Origin: Candidatus Saccharimonadales bacterium
GTDB taxonomy: Bacteria > Patescibacteriota > Saccharimonadia > Saccharimonadales > JBBQAJ01
Direction: 5' to 3'
Assembly: GCA_038316195.1 (NCBI GenBank)
Contig: JBBQAJ010000003.1
Coordinates: forward strand, 4,056-68,055
DNA: 64,000 nucleotides
Positions 45,633 to 57,306 of the stretch are shown piece by piece. The notes beneath the pieces are model-generated. The model made no database searches, was not told where the DNA came from, and saw only the letters and a list, made by a program, of their open reading frames with translations. A program made the position numbers and the translations under genes. The first letter of the stretch is position 1. Each line of letters begins with the position of its first letter.

Positions 45633-46793
45633 GTGAAACGAACAATTTATCTTGACCACGCAGCGGCAACTCCAATTGATCCACGAGTTCTTGTCGCAAT
45701 GAAGCCATATTTTACTTTGAATTTTTACAACCCTTCGGCGACATATTTGGCAGCAAAATCTGTAAAGTCTGACCTAGATAAAGCTCGGAGTTCTGTTGCA
45801 AGTTGGTTAGGTACGCGACCAGGAAACGTTATATTTACTGCAGGGGGGACTGAAGCCAACAATTTGGCAATTTTTGGCATTGCTCAAAATTTTCCCGGTA
45901 GTCATATAGTCAGCTCGGAATTAGAACATGAATCAATTTTAAATCCTATTAAACATTTACAAAAAACAGGTATTAACAATACTCTTGTTAGCCCAAACCC
46001 GGACGGTGTGATAGATACGGACAGAATCACGCAAGCGATAACAGACAATACAGTCCTTGTAACTATTATGTACGCCAACAACGAAATCGGTACGATACAA
46101 AACATTAAGAAGATTTCTCGAGAGGTCTCAAAAATTCGTACTTTAAGACAAAAGTTTGGTAACAAACTGCCAATTTATTTACATACAGATGCTTGTCAGG
46201 GTGCTGCGTATTTGGACCTCCATGTTGCAAGAATCAATGTGGATATGATGACTCTAAATGGTGGTAAAATTTATGGTCCAAAGCAATCAGGAATATTATA
46301 TGTAAATAGCCAGGTTAAATTGAGTCCCAGTACATACGGTGGTGGTCAGGAGCATGGTATGCGAAGTGGTACAGAAAATGTTGCAGGAAGTATAGGATTT
46401 GCAACAGCACTTAATCTGGTCCAGTCAGATAGAGCCTCAGAAAGGATCAGACTTCAAAAACTGCAATCTTTATTTATCAGTGAGCTTACTAAAAATATTC
46501 CAAATATTATTGTAAATGGTTCAATCAAGCACAGGTTACCAAACAACATTCATGTCACAATACCAAACTCTGACAATGAAAGACTTGTTTTTGGACTTGA
46601 TGAAGTCGGCATTCAATGTGCTGCAGGGTCAGCTTGTAGTGCTAGCAATGACGAACCTTCGCACGTTTTAAAATCACTTGGTTTAAGCGACAAAATTGCA
46701 CGGTCTTCGTTAAGATTCAGCTTAGGCAAATCAACAACCGAAACTGACATACATAACACTGTTTCGGCTCTTGCAAAAATAGTTGCAAGCTAG
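45633..46793 (+). CDS. cysteine desulfurase (class V aminotransferase, NifS/IscS-like)
   Basis: GTG start. IYLDHAAATP, HTDACQ, GGKIYGPK (PLP Lys), RSGTEN, GSACSA (catalytic Cys). Confidence 0.85.
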   Translation: MKRTIYLDHAAATPIDPRVLVAMKPYFTLNFYNPSATYLAAKSVKSDLDKARSSVASWLGTRPGNVIFTAGGTEANNLAIFGIAQNFPGSHIVSSELEHESILNPIKHLQKTGINNTLVSPNPDGVIDTDRITQAITDNTVLVTIMYANNEIGTIQNIKKISREVSKIRTLRQKFGNKLPIYLHTDACQGAAYLDLHVARINVDMMTLNGGKIYGPKQSGILYVNSQVKLSPSTYGGGQEHGMRSGTENVAGSIGFATALNLVQSDRASERIRLQKLQSLFISELTKNIPNIIVNGSIKHRLPNNIHVTIPNSDNERLVFGLDEVGIQCAAGSACSASNDEPSHVLKSLGLSDKIARSSLRFSLGKSTTETDIHNTVSALAKIVAS

Positions 46794-46834
46794 CATGCCT
46801 CGGACTATACTGGTAATGGTTCAACCTAACAGAT

Positions 46835-47683
46835 ATGTTATTTGCAAAAATCAAACAATTTATAACAATTCATCGTTTTCTGGCTTTTGTCGGCTTATTT
46901 ATACTGGTATTTTTAAGCTATAAAGCTCCATTGGGAGCCCAGGCTGTTACTGAAGGATTTAGCTCAGACCAAGTTCTCCAGCGTGGCATAATAGTGCGAT
47001 TAAAAGATGGTGATTCAACTAAAGTTGAACCAGTAAATTCTGACGATGCAGAGCATATGCATGGCGTAGTTGTAAATGCCAACGATGCACCTGCTACGAT
47101 TGCATTAGATGGACAGGTAGTCTTTGTAGCAAACACCGGTAAATATGATGTTTTGGCGAGTACTCAAAATGGCGCAATTAAACAGGGTGACTACATTTCT
47201 GTATCGGCATTATCAGGTATTGGCATGAAGTCGGGTACTAAAGAACACTTTGTTATAGGGCGAGCTCTATCGGACTTTGATGGTAGTAAAGACGTAATAA
47301 GTAAATCTGAAGTAAAAGATAGTGCTGGTGCAACTTATAAAATAAATATAGGGAGAGTGTCTCTAGATATTGGGATTGCGAAAAATCCTCTACTTAAGGC
47401 AACTGAAGTCAATTTACCGTCGGTTCTGACGAAAGCAGCCGAAACGTTAGCCGGAAAACCAGTAAATGCAGTCAGAATTTATATAGGCATTTTGGTGTTT
47501 GGTATATCCACAATAATTGCTGCAAGTTTACTGTATGGAGGTGTTAGAAGTGCACTAATCTCTATAGGTCGCAACCCACTTAGCAAGAAATCAATCATTA
47601 GAAGTATGCTTCAGGTAATCATAACCGGATTAATTGTTTTCATTACTGGTGTTTTTGGCGTATATTTAATACTAAGGATTTAG
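46835..47683 (+). CDS. membrane protein: N-terminal anchor, ~200-aa extracytoplasmic domain, C-terminal two-helix hairpin resembling an ATP synthase c subunit (loop IGRNP) but lacking the carboxylate
   Basis: C-terminal sequence VRIYIGILVFGISTIIAASLLYGGVRSALISIGRNPLSKKSIIRSMLQVIITGLIVFITGVFGVYLILRI. Confidence 0.6.
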   Translation: MLFAKIKQFITIHRFLAFVGLFILVFLSYKAPLGAQAVTEGFSSDQVLQRGIIVRLKDGDSTKVEPVNSDDAEHMHGVVVNANDAPATIALDGQVVFVANTGKYDVLASTQNGAIKQGDYISVSALSGIGMKSGTKEHFVIGRALSDFDGSKDVISKSEVKDSAGATYKINIGRVSLDIGIAKNPLLKATEVNLPSVLTKAAETLAGKPVNAVRIYIGILVFGISTIIAASLLYGGVRSALISIGRNPLSKKSIIRSMLQVIITGLIVFITGVFGVYLILRI

Positions 47684-47691
47684 GAGGGTTA

Positions 47692-47811
47692 ATGAATACT
47701 TTAAAAATTGATTCAAAAACCATTTGCACTGTAATGAGTAACGACCAACATAAACTGTGTAATATATTAAATCTAAGTCACAAACTTGGAGCTTTTGAAA
47801 TATATAAATAA
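47692..47811 (+). CDS. 39-aa small ORF between the c-like protein and the atp genes
   Basis: AGGAGG lies 4 nt upstream of the ATG. Hydrophilic, two Cys. Below the ORF-track cutoff. Confidence 0.3.
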   Translation: MNTLKIDSKTICTVMSNDQHKLCNILNLSHKLGAFEIYK

Positions 47812-47830
47812 AGCAGGTGGGGGCATATAA

Positions 47831-48454
47831 GTGGAACTTTGGTGGGTTATCGTAATTTTAGTAAGCTTGCTAGCGTCAACGTTAGCTTTCGTTTATTTGG
47901 CTTTCCAAATACGATCAAATGGTGGTAAAAAGTCCCACTCGGGAGTTGATCCATATACTGAATTAGCCGAACAAGATGTAGAGCATATTTTTAATGATGA
48001 ATTTCGCGAAGAATTGCGTAACAGAGGCCGACTACACTTTGAAAAAATTATTGGCGAAAACGCCATGTTCCTTCAGCAAGATTTACGTTTGACAACTTCC
48101 CAACTCAATGAATATATGAAAAGCGAGATTACCAGCAAACTGCAGGAAGAGTTTGCCAAATACGAAGAATCGATATCTGATGCCAAGAATCTTGCTCTTG
48201 AGTCCATAACTAAAACCCAACAAGCAATTGAGGAACAGCGTCAAATGATGGGCCAACAATTGTCTCAAGAAGTCGCAAACGAAAAAGCAAGACTCATAAA
48301 ACGCTTTGAAGAAAATATGGCAGATATTGTAAATCACTATGTTTTAGCGGCTGTAGGAAGTCAGATTGATTTAAATGACCAATTAGAATATATCTTGGCA
48401 GAAATGGATGAAAACAAAAAAAATATCATAGAGGACATTACTCATGGCGGATGA
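47831..48454 (+). CDS. atpF: F-type ATP synthase subunit b-like stator protein
   Basis: Single N-terminal TM then a long charged helix. Positioned directly before the delta-like gene. Confidence 0.5.
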   Translation: MELWWVIVILVSLLASTLAFVYLAFQIRSNGGKKSHSGVDPYTELAEQDVEHIFNDEFREELRNRGRLHFEKIIGENAMFLQQDLRLTTSQLNEYMKSEITSKLQEEFAKYEESISDAKNLALESITKTQQAIEEQRQMMGQQLSQEVANEKARLIKRFEENMADIVNHYVLAAVGSQIDLNDQLEYILAEMDENKKNIIEDITHGG

Positions 48455-48992
48455 AACACGACCAAAACACCAACTACAAATCCCTTATGCTGTAGTTACC
48501 AGAGCAGATGTTGGTAGGCTAATTGGCGAAGCAGAGGCAATTGATAATTTCTTGCGTCAAGCCGCAATACGACAAACTGGTATTCCAATTACACTACCAA
48601 AATCTAGTCAGATATTTGATGAAATAATAGCTTTAAACAAATTAAACATGCTTCAAGAAAATGATAGGAAAATACTTTTCCAATTTTTACAGGCAATTCA
48701 TTCCAAGGCACCTCTGCTTCACATGAGCTTTAGCTCCGACCCTTCACCACTTTTTCAGCAGAGATTAGTAACCTGGATTCGGCAACAAATGCACCCTTAC
48801 CTGTTATTGCAGATAGGACTTCAGCCGAATATTGGTGCAGGTTGTGTTGTTAGGTCAACAAACAAGTTTTTTGATTTCAGCCTTCGTGAACGGTTCAAGT
48901 CACAACGCAGGTTGTTGATTACAAAACTAAATGGCGTCGAAGAAACAGAGCCGGAATCACAAAACGCTAAACCAGCGGAAATAGTTTCATGA
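48444..48992 (+). CDS. atpH: F-type ATP synthase subunit delta (OSCP)-like
   Basis: 182 aa. The C-terminal [22 protein letters not shown] resembles the OSCP end (GG.vvr.gd...D.S.r.rL). Operon position fits. Confidence 0.55.
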   Translation: MADETRPKHQLQIPYAVVTRADVGRLIGEAEAIDNFLRQAAIRQTGIPITLPKSSQIFDEIIALNKLNMLQENDRKILFQFLQAIHSKAPLLHMSFSSDPSPLFQQRLVTWIRQQMHPYLLLQIGLQPNIGAGCVVRSTNKFFDFSLRERFKSQRRLLITKLNGVEETEPESQNAKPAEIVS

Positions 48993-50571
48993 ATTCAGGA
49001 AACCAACATTTTGACAAACTTGTTGCTGGTGGCAACCCAGTAGGTGACGTTATTGCCGTTGATAAATTTTTAGTAAAAGTTAACGGCCTCCAGCCGTGTA
49101 ATGTTCATGCGCTGGTAATGTTTGAAGATGGAAGCAAAGGCTTTGTTCACCAAGTACTCTCGGACCATGTTGTCGTGTTGCACCTTGGTAGCACTATGCT
49201 TAGGATTGGCATGATTGGCGTAGTACAACATCAAGAGCTTGTTTGCAAAGTTGGGAAAGATTTTATAGGTAGAGTAATTTCGGTTATGGGTGAGCCAATT
49301 GATGGTAAAGGTCCAATTGCAGCAGATTCTGTTTGGCCAGTATTCAAATCAGCTCCACCTCTCTACACACGCAAACTATTAGACACTCAGTTGGAAAGTG
49401 GAGTGACAGTTATTGATGCTCTTTTCCCTGTTTTGCGTGGTCAACGTATGGCATTACTTGGAGATGGAAAATCTGGTAAAAGTACTCTTGTTACCCAGCT
49501 TACTATAAACCAAAAAAACACTGACCAGATAGTGGTTTATGTATTAATCGCCAAACGTCGAAGTGACGTCGATACATTACTCACACGCCTTGAAGAAAAC
49601 GGTGGATTAGAAAAAGCTATAGTAATAGTAAGTACAATGTTTGAATCATTAATAATGAGCTATATTGCGCCATATATTGGCGTGGCAATTGCTGAATATT
49701 TATGGCAAGAACTTGCTCAAGACACCATAATAATTTATGACGATTTAACTTCGCACGCACATGCTTATCGTGAAGTTGCCCTGATGTCAGGTGTTAGTCC
49801 AGGTCGAGACTCATATCCAGGAGATATGTTTTATGCTCATTCCTCGCTGCTTGAGCGAGCTGGTAGGCTAGATAGTAATGGTGCTCATTTGACCAGTTTG
49901 CCATTGGTAAACGCCGCAGGTGGAGACATCACAGCATATTTGCCAACAAACATAATGTCCATAACTGATGGACAATGGATATTGGATATGGATATTTTTC
50001 GTAACGGAATTCGTCCAGCATTAAACATTGGTCTAAGTGTTACACGTGTTGGAGGTGTTGGTCATAATAAAAGACAAAAAGCGCTAGCTGCACAAACGCT
50101 AAAACTTTTGGCAGAATACAGGCAAGCAGAAGAATTTTCGCACTTTGGTTCAGAACTTGCACTTGAAGCCAAAAAAGCTTTACAGATTGGTAAATACATT
50201 TTCGAAATGTTAACTCAGGCACCTTCAGATACATATTCATTGATGGCACAACAACTAATGCTAGATATTATACTAAATGTTAGCGATGGAGAGACATTGG
50301 ATATTTCTTCTATGAAACTAAATGTTGCTGAATATGCCGGAAAAGTTACTGGTGATGAAGATTATGAAAAAATTAAAACCGAGCTAAAATCTAAGTGTAG
50401 TAATGCACTTAAGGGAGTACCGACCCAGCCACCAAAAGCTGAAACGGCCGAACCAGCATCTGGGGTAGTAACAGATACCAAGACAACCGAAGAATCCAAA
50501 GGTAATAAATCTGAAAAATCTGACGAAAAACATTCCAAAGAATCAGAAAAAGAAAATACAGAGGTAAAATC

Positions 50572-50575
<4 letters not shown>
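48989..50575 (+). CDS. atpA: F1 ATP synthase subunit alpha, divergent, with ~55-aa Lys/Glu/Ser-rich C-terminal tail
   Basis: [16 protein letters not shown], Walker [39 protein letters not shown]. Confidence 0.85.
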
Positions 50576-52742
<2,167 letters not shown>

Positions 52743-52777
52743 ATGAGATATAGGTAATTTCAAAGTTGGCTTAAATT

Positions 52778-53071
52778 ATGGCAGATAAAGTTATTGTTGA
52801 TGAAAAAGCAAATGAAACTGGTGATGCAACACACATGCACGTCAAAGTGTACGCTCCTTTCAGAATATATTACGATGGTTTAGCTGAAAGTATTTCAGCT
52901 GAGAATCCGACAGGTCCCTTTGATATTCTCGCTTCACATCACAATTTTATGACGCTTCTTAGTCCATGTGAAATTTCAGTCAGAAATGACGGAAAAGAAG
53001 AAAAAATAAAAATACAGCGTGGAATAATGCACGTTAAAAAAGATGCTGTTATCGTGTTTTTAGATGTCTAA
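52778..53071 (+). CDS. atpC: F1 ATP synthase subunit epsilon, beta-sandwich domain only (97 aa)
   Basis: GPFDILASHHNFMTLLSPCEISV...IQRGIMHVKKDAVIVFLD matches the epsilon N-domain pattern. There is no C-terminal helical hairpin. Confidence 0.65.
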   Translation: MADKVIVDEKANETGDATHMHVKVYAPFRIYYDGLAESISAENPTGPFDILASHHNFMTLLSPCEISVRNDGKEEKIKIQRGIMHVKKDAVIVFLDV

Positions 53072-54042
53072 TCGACTACTATATAGTCAAAAATTGCGCT
53101 TCCAGAGGCTGTACCACCAGATGAACAAACCTGAAAATTGGAGTTAGTTCGTGAAGTGTAGTAGTTTAACTGTGATGCTGATTGGCTTGCTGGACTGATT
53201 ACAACATGGGGGGTTGCATTAAAATTTTGGACAAAATTAATGGTTACATAACACACGTTTCCTGAAGATGCTCCTCCACCAAAATTAATTGTAACTGTCC
53301 CGGCCGTATCGGTTCCACTTACAGAAACTGTGCCACCACCCCCGAGTCCACTACCATTAGTTTTACTTGGAGTTGCTCCACCAGCGTCGATGTGTCGCTG
53401 TAATTGAAGATCGCCTGATAATTGAAAATTCTGTACAGTAATCTGTGGAGCAGAAATCGGACCTCCGAAACTACCTCCACCAGTAACAGTAATTCCCTTA
53501 AGTGCAGTTAATTGCCCCTGAATATTTGTATCGCTTGCCACTGTAAGTTTATTTGCTTGAATTTGATCAAATGTAGCAGTGCCAGCTACCGTGATACCTG
53601 GAATGTTCAAAACTCCACCAATTTTGAGACCACCAGCAATATCTAAACTATCTCGTATCAAAACTTTGCCAGAAAATATCGCATTGGATGCAATCGTTAA
53701 AGTCTGTTTTGCGTCGCCGACAGAAGCATCGGTACCGGAAAGTTTACTAAGTTCTTCAGTTGACAATTTTTGAGTTTTTATTTGACTTGGATTATTAGTT
53801 TTACGGTTACTTATTATGCCAACAAATGTAAACCCAGCAGTCAAAACTACAACTAAAATAAAAACCAGAAGATAAATATTAACATGTGAAATCAAACCTC
53901 GTATTTTACTGCCAGTTTTTTTATTTGGGGTTTTAATTTTTATGTCATCAGCAGAACTTGTCTCAATATTTGTTGTTTCAAGTGAATTCGAATCGTCTGA
54001 AGAACCTGAATCACTTGTGTCTTCGTCTTTTTTCTCTTCCAT
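53068..54042 (-). CDS. type-II membrane protein: acidic Ser/Asp-rich cytoplasmic N-terminus, one TM, Gly/Thr-rich beta-helix-like ectodomain
   Basis: Repetitive ..ITVAGTATF..LTVASDTNIQGQLTALKGITVTGGGSFGG.. segments. Divergent from the downstream cluster. Confidence 0.6.
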   Translation of the reverse strand: MEEKKDEDTSDSGSSDDSNSLETTNIETSSADDIKIKTPNKKTGSKIRGLISHVNIYLLVFILVVVLTAGFTFVGIISNRKTNNPSQIKTQKLSTEELSKLSGTDASVGDAKQTLTIASNAIFSGKVLIRDSLDIAGGLKIGGVLNIPGITVAGTATFDQIQANKLTVASDTNIQGQLTALKGITVTGGGSFGGPISAPQITVQNFQLSGDLQLQRHIDAGGATPSKTNGSGLGGGGTVSVSGTDTAGTVTINFGGGASSGNVCYVTINFVQNFNATPHVVISPASQSASQLNYYTSRTNSNFQVCSSGGTASGSAIFDYIVVD

Positions 54043-54176
54043 AGACTATTAATTTTCCTCACCCTTCTTTATCTTAAATAATACTATGGATAGTCAAAAA
54101 ACACGACCGTTATTGTATTATTATTTAGATTTTGGGATAATATAAAGGAGTAAATTAAAAATCGGTTGGGGATTGA

Positions 54177-54869
54177 ATGGCAAAATACCTTCTTGGTGTT
54201 AATCATGCAAAACAAAACAAAACTTTGTTTAGATTGAAAATTATTGTTCTGTTGATTGGCGCAGTTGGTGTAGTTTTTGGTATTGTTGTATTTGTAGATA
54301 TTATGTTTGAAAGACGCTTGGCGGACAAGCCCTCAGACAAAACTCCACTTATTTCATCCGTAATTGCACCAAAAATTGCTGTTTTTAGCTCTCCTTATTT
54401 CAAATTTCAAACTGACAATAATTGGAGTTTTATTTCTAGTGAGTCATCAGATTTAAAATTTGTTTATCGTAGAGGTACTAGTAATTTAGTAAGTGGTATC
54501 ATGACAGTTTATATTAATTCAAGTCCATCTGATCTTCAGTCAACACGCGTTTTACCAGTATCGCTTTCAAACAAAGATAATTTGCTCAAAGCGTCGTTCG
54601 TATCCAAACATTGTCGAGAAGATTTGCCTAAAAAGGTTCAAGACACACTGGGTGAATTTCAAACAACGCTATTGTCTGTAAATTTTCTTTGCAATGTAGA
54701 CGGAACTACTTTTGATGTTATTGTCGGTCTAGAAAACGCAACACCGGTTATGAATTTAAAAAGAGCCGATGGGTCAACAGCAAGTTATATTATAATGTTT
54801 AAAGATTTGCGTTTTAAGGCAGAACCTAGTGAGTTCGTAGATATAATAAATAGCTTTCAGATTCGCTAA
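54177..54869 (+). CDS. N-terminally anchored extracytoplasmic protein, unknown function
   Basis: TM helix IIVLLIGAVGVVFGIVVFV followed by a ~180-aa domain. Confidence 0.55.
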   Translation: MAKYLLGVNHAKQNKTLFRLKIIVLLIGAVGVVFGIVVFVDIMFERRLADKPSDKTPLISSVIAPKIAVFSSPYFKFQTDNNWSFISSESSDLKFVYRRGTSNLVSGIMTVYINSSPSDLQSTRVLPVSLSNKDNLLKASFVSKHCREDLPKKVQDTLGEFQTTLLSVNFLCNVDGTTFDVIVGLENATPVMNLKRADGSTASYIIMFKDLRFKAEPSEFVDIINSFQIR

Positions 54870-54886
54870 TTACGAAAATATTAAAT

Positions 54887-55690
54887 ATGTTAAATTCACA
54901 TAAATTACAAGAAATAACTAAAGGAATATTTTCTTTTACACTGATAATCTTAATGGTGCTTCTGTTTCCATTTCATAACATTGTAAATTCGCAACAATCA
55001 TCTTCATCAAATTACCGAGTAGATGAAACTTTTTTTGGATCAGGTGGAGAGCTTGATGCATCTAGCTCAAACTATCGTGCTCAATCCTCGGTTGGAAGTT
55101 TGGGAGTGGGCTATACGTCTAGTACTAATTATGATGCAAATGGTGGATTTTTGACACAAAACCACGCATATTTAGAAATGTCAGTAGAAAATGTAACGGT
55201 GGATTTCGGAACGCTTGATGCCTTAACTACATCATCCGGAGTCGCTCAAGGTGGTGCATGTAACTGCTCTTTTTCGGTCAGAACTTATGCTTCATCACAG
55301 TACGTCGTACAGTCAATCAGCGATCCACCCACAAACGAACATGGGGATATATTGACTGCTAAAGCAACTCAAGCCGTTCCATCGAACAATCAAAACGTAG
55401 AGGAATTTGGAATGAATGTCGTCGACAACGCAACTCCAAATATTGGCGTAAATCCCGTTAATTACCCAGACAATACTTTTGCAGATGGACAGGCAGCGAC
55501 TGGATACGAAGTTGCAGACCAATTTAAATATGTAAAAAACGATATAATAGCTCGGGCGGCAGCTGGGGTAGGCAATCCTGCTACAGGAAGAACTGACTAC
55601 ACAATTTCCTATATTGCCAAAATAAATTCTGTAACTCGCGCAGGTCTTTACACAATGAAACAAAGTCTTGTAGTAGTTCCCACGTACTAA
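54887..55690 (+). CDS. secreted protein (small member of the cluster family) with triple S-x-N-Y repeat and C-terminal strand ...AGLYTMKQSLVVVPTY
   Basis: Signal peptide. SSNYRVDE.., SSNYRAQS.., STNYDANG. Also a VTVDFGTLD motif. Confidence 0.6.
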   Translation: MLNSHKLQEITKGIFSFTLIILMVLLFPFHNIVNSQQSSSSNYRVDETFFGSGGELDASSSNYRAQSSVGSLGVGYTSSTNYDANGGFLTQNHAYLEMSVENVTVDFGTLDALTTSSGVAQGGACNCSFSVRTYASSQYVVQSISDPPTNEHGDILTAKATQAVPSNNQNVEEFGMNVVDNATPNIGVNPVNYPDNTFADGQAATGYEVADQFKYVKNDIIARAAAGVGNPATGRTDYTISYIAKINSVTRAGLYTMKQSLVVVPTY

Positions 55691-55810
55691 ACTTATACAC
55701 AGTTTATACCACAATATAGATTGACATCTCTTGATTATCGTCATCGCTTATGTTATAAAGATAACGCTATCAATCAAAACAAAAATCATTAATATAAAAC
55801 AAGGAGAATT

Positions 55811-57094
55811 ATGAAACAAAACTTTCATAAACTTGACTTAAGTTCCGGCGCAGCCCGCACAATTCAAATTGCAATTGCACTTTTATTTGTAACGGCAACC
55901 CTTATACCCATATTGGGAAATAAGACTGTTAGCGCTGCCCAAATGGGCACTCGAAAAGTTGTCCTTAGTGACTCCAAGATTAGTGCCACAGGTGTGAACT
56001 ATACGTTTACATTCACTACAGCTACATCAGCTGCAATCCAGGGAGTTAGATTGCAGTTCTGTACAACACCTTTAGGTGCCTGTACTGGAGTTGCCGGACT
56101 TACAGTCGCAGGGTCTAATGCTACAGCTGCTACGCAGACGTGGACAAACGCCGGTGACTTAACTGACAACGGTAGTACAGACCAAGGTGCCTGTACGGAA
56201 AACACAAACCCTGCACAGGAAATTTGTCTAGACAGAGTTGTCGCGACAGCTGAAACACCAGGGTCAAAAGTGTTTACACTGAACACTGTCACGAATGCTA
56301 ATACGCAGACAACGGTCTACATACGTATAGCTACTTACTCAGATACTGCCTACGCAACTAAAGTTGATGAAGGTATAGTTGCAGCTGCAACTGCCCGTCA
56401 ACTAACTGTTAATGGTCGTGTTCAAGAACGTTTGGAATTCTGCGTTGCAGCTATCGACGATGCTTCTGCACTTCCAGCTAACTGTCCTGCCATGGCTTCA
56501 ACTACAACTATTGACATGGGTGTCATAGATAACACTTCAATCTCTCAGTCTCCAGTTAACGTAACTGCTACCAATGGGTCTAACGACTTTTATGGTGTGG
56601 CCATGGTCAACACAAATGCATCTGGAGGAGCAGTACTTTCATACTTCCCAGAGGCTGCTGGTTCTGGAACAAATGAGCTACGAGCTTTCCGTGTTGCAGG
56701 AGTTACATGTAACGCTTCTGGAACTGATTTAACTGATCAGTGTTTCCAAAGTGCTACCCCAACTAACACTGCAGACACATTCACTGCTGGTACAGAACGA
56801 TTTGGCTTGGCTGTAGCTTGTATCGACACAACACAAGGTACAACAGCTAACATGTCAGGCGTTACTGCTTACAATAGTACTGATGCCTCAACTGCTAGTG
56901 CGGCTAACTGTCAAAACGAAGCAAATACAAAATTTGCTTGGAACAATTCAGGTACAGCAGCAACAATTGCCAGTTCTTCAAATGTTGTTGATAACGAAAT
57001 TGTAAAACTCCGATTTGGTGCCACTGCTTCAGCAACAACACCAACAGGAGCCTACTCGGTTACTACAACATACATTGCTACTCCTACTTTCTAA
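55811..57094 (+). CDS. secreted Cys-containing surface protein, large paralog A (ends ...PTGAYSVTTTYIATPTF)
   Basis: AAGGAG RBS. Signal peptide with ...SAA|QMG. 10 Cys. Thr/Ala/Asn-rich. Confidence 0.75.
   Translation: MKQNFHKLDLSSGAARTIQIAIALLFVTATLIPILGNKTVSAAQMGTRKVVLSDSKISATGVNYTFTFTTATSAAIQGVRLQFCTTPLGACTGVAGLTVAGSNATAATQTWTNAGDLTDNGSTDQGACTENTNPAQEICLDRVVATAETPGSKVFTLNTVTNANTQTTVYIRIATYSDTAYATKVDEGIVAAATARQLTVNGRVQERLEFCVAAIDDASALPANCPAMASTTTIDMGVIDNTSISQSPVNVTATNGSNDFYGVAMVNTNASGGAVLSYFPEAAGSGTNELRAFRVAGVTCNASGTDLTDQCFQSATPTNTADTFTAGTERFGLAVACIDTTQGTTANMSGVTAYNSTDASTASAANCQNEANTKFAWNNSGTAATIASSSNVVDNEIVKLRFGATASATTPTGAYSVTTTYIATPTF
55940..57094 (+). repeat. tandem-duplicate unit copy 1 (mature-protein coding part of paralog A)
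   Basis: Collinear with 57430-58584 without indels. Includes a 116-nt run (55970-56085) identical to 57460-57575. Confidence 0.85.
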
Positions 57095-57166
57095 GTAGAA
57101 ATAAGTATGTTTTGGTTGATGCAAGTAATTGCCTAGCGCATAATAACGCAGAATACAATTACACTT

Positions 57167-57198
57167 ATGACCGCCTAAAATATAGGCGGTCATTTTTA
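57167..57198 (+). terminator. strong intrinsic terminator between the two paralogs
   Basis: ATGACCGCCTA-AAATA-TAGGCGGTCAT followed by TTTTA. Confidence 0.75.
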
Positions 57199-57306
57199 TT
57201 ACTATCAAACTGTGGATAACTACCGTAAATTAGACTTGCATAAGCATTTTAGGCATGCTAAGTTTAGGTAGTAAATTAAAATATAAAAACTCAAAGAAGG
57301 AACAAA

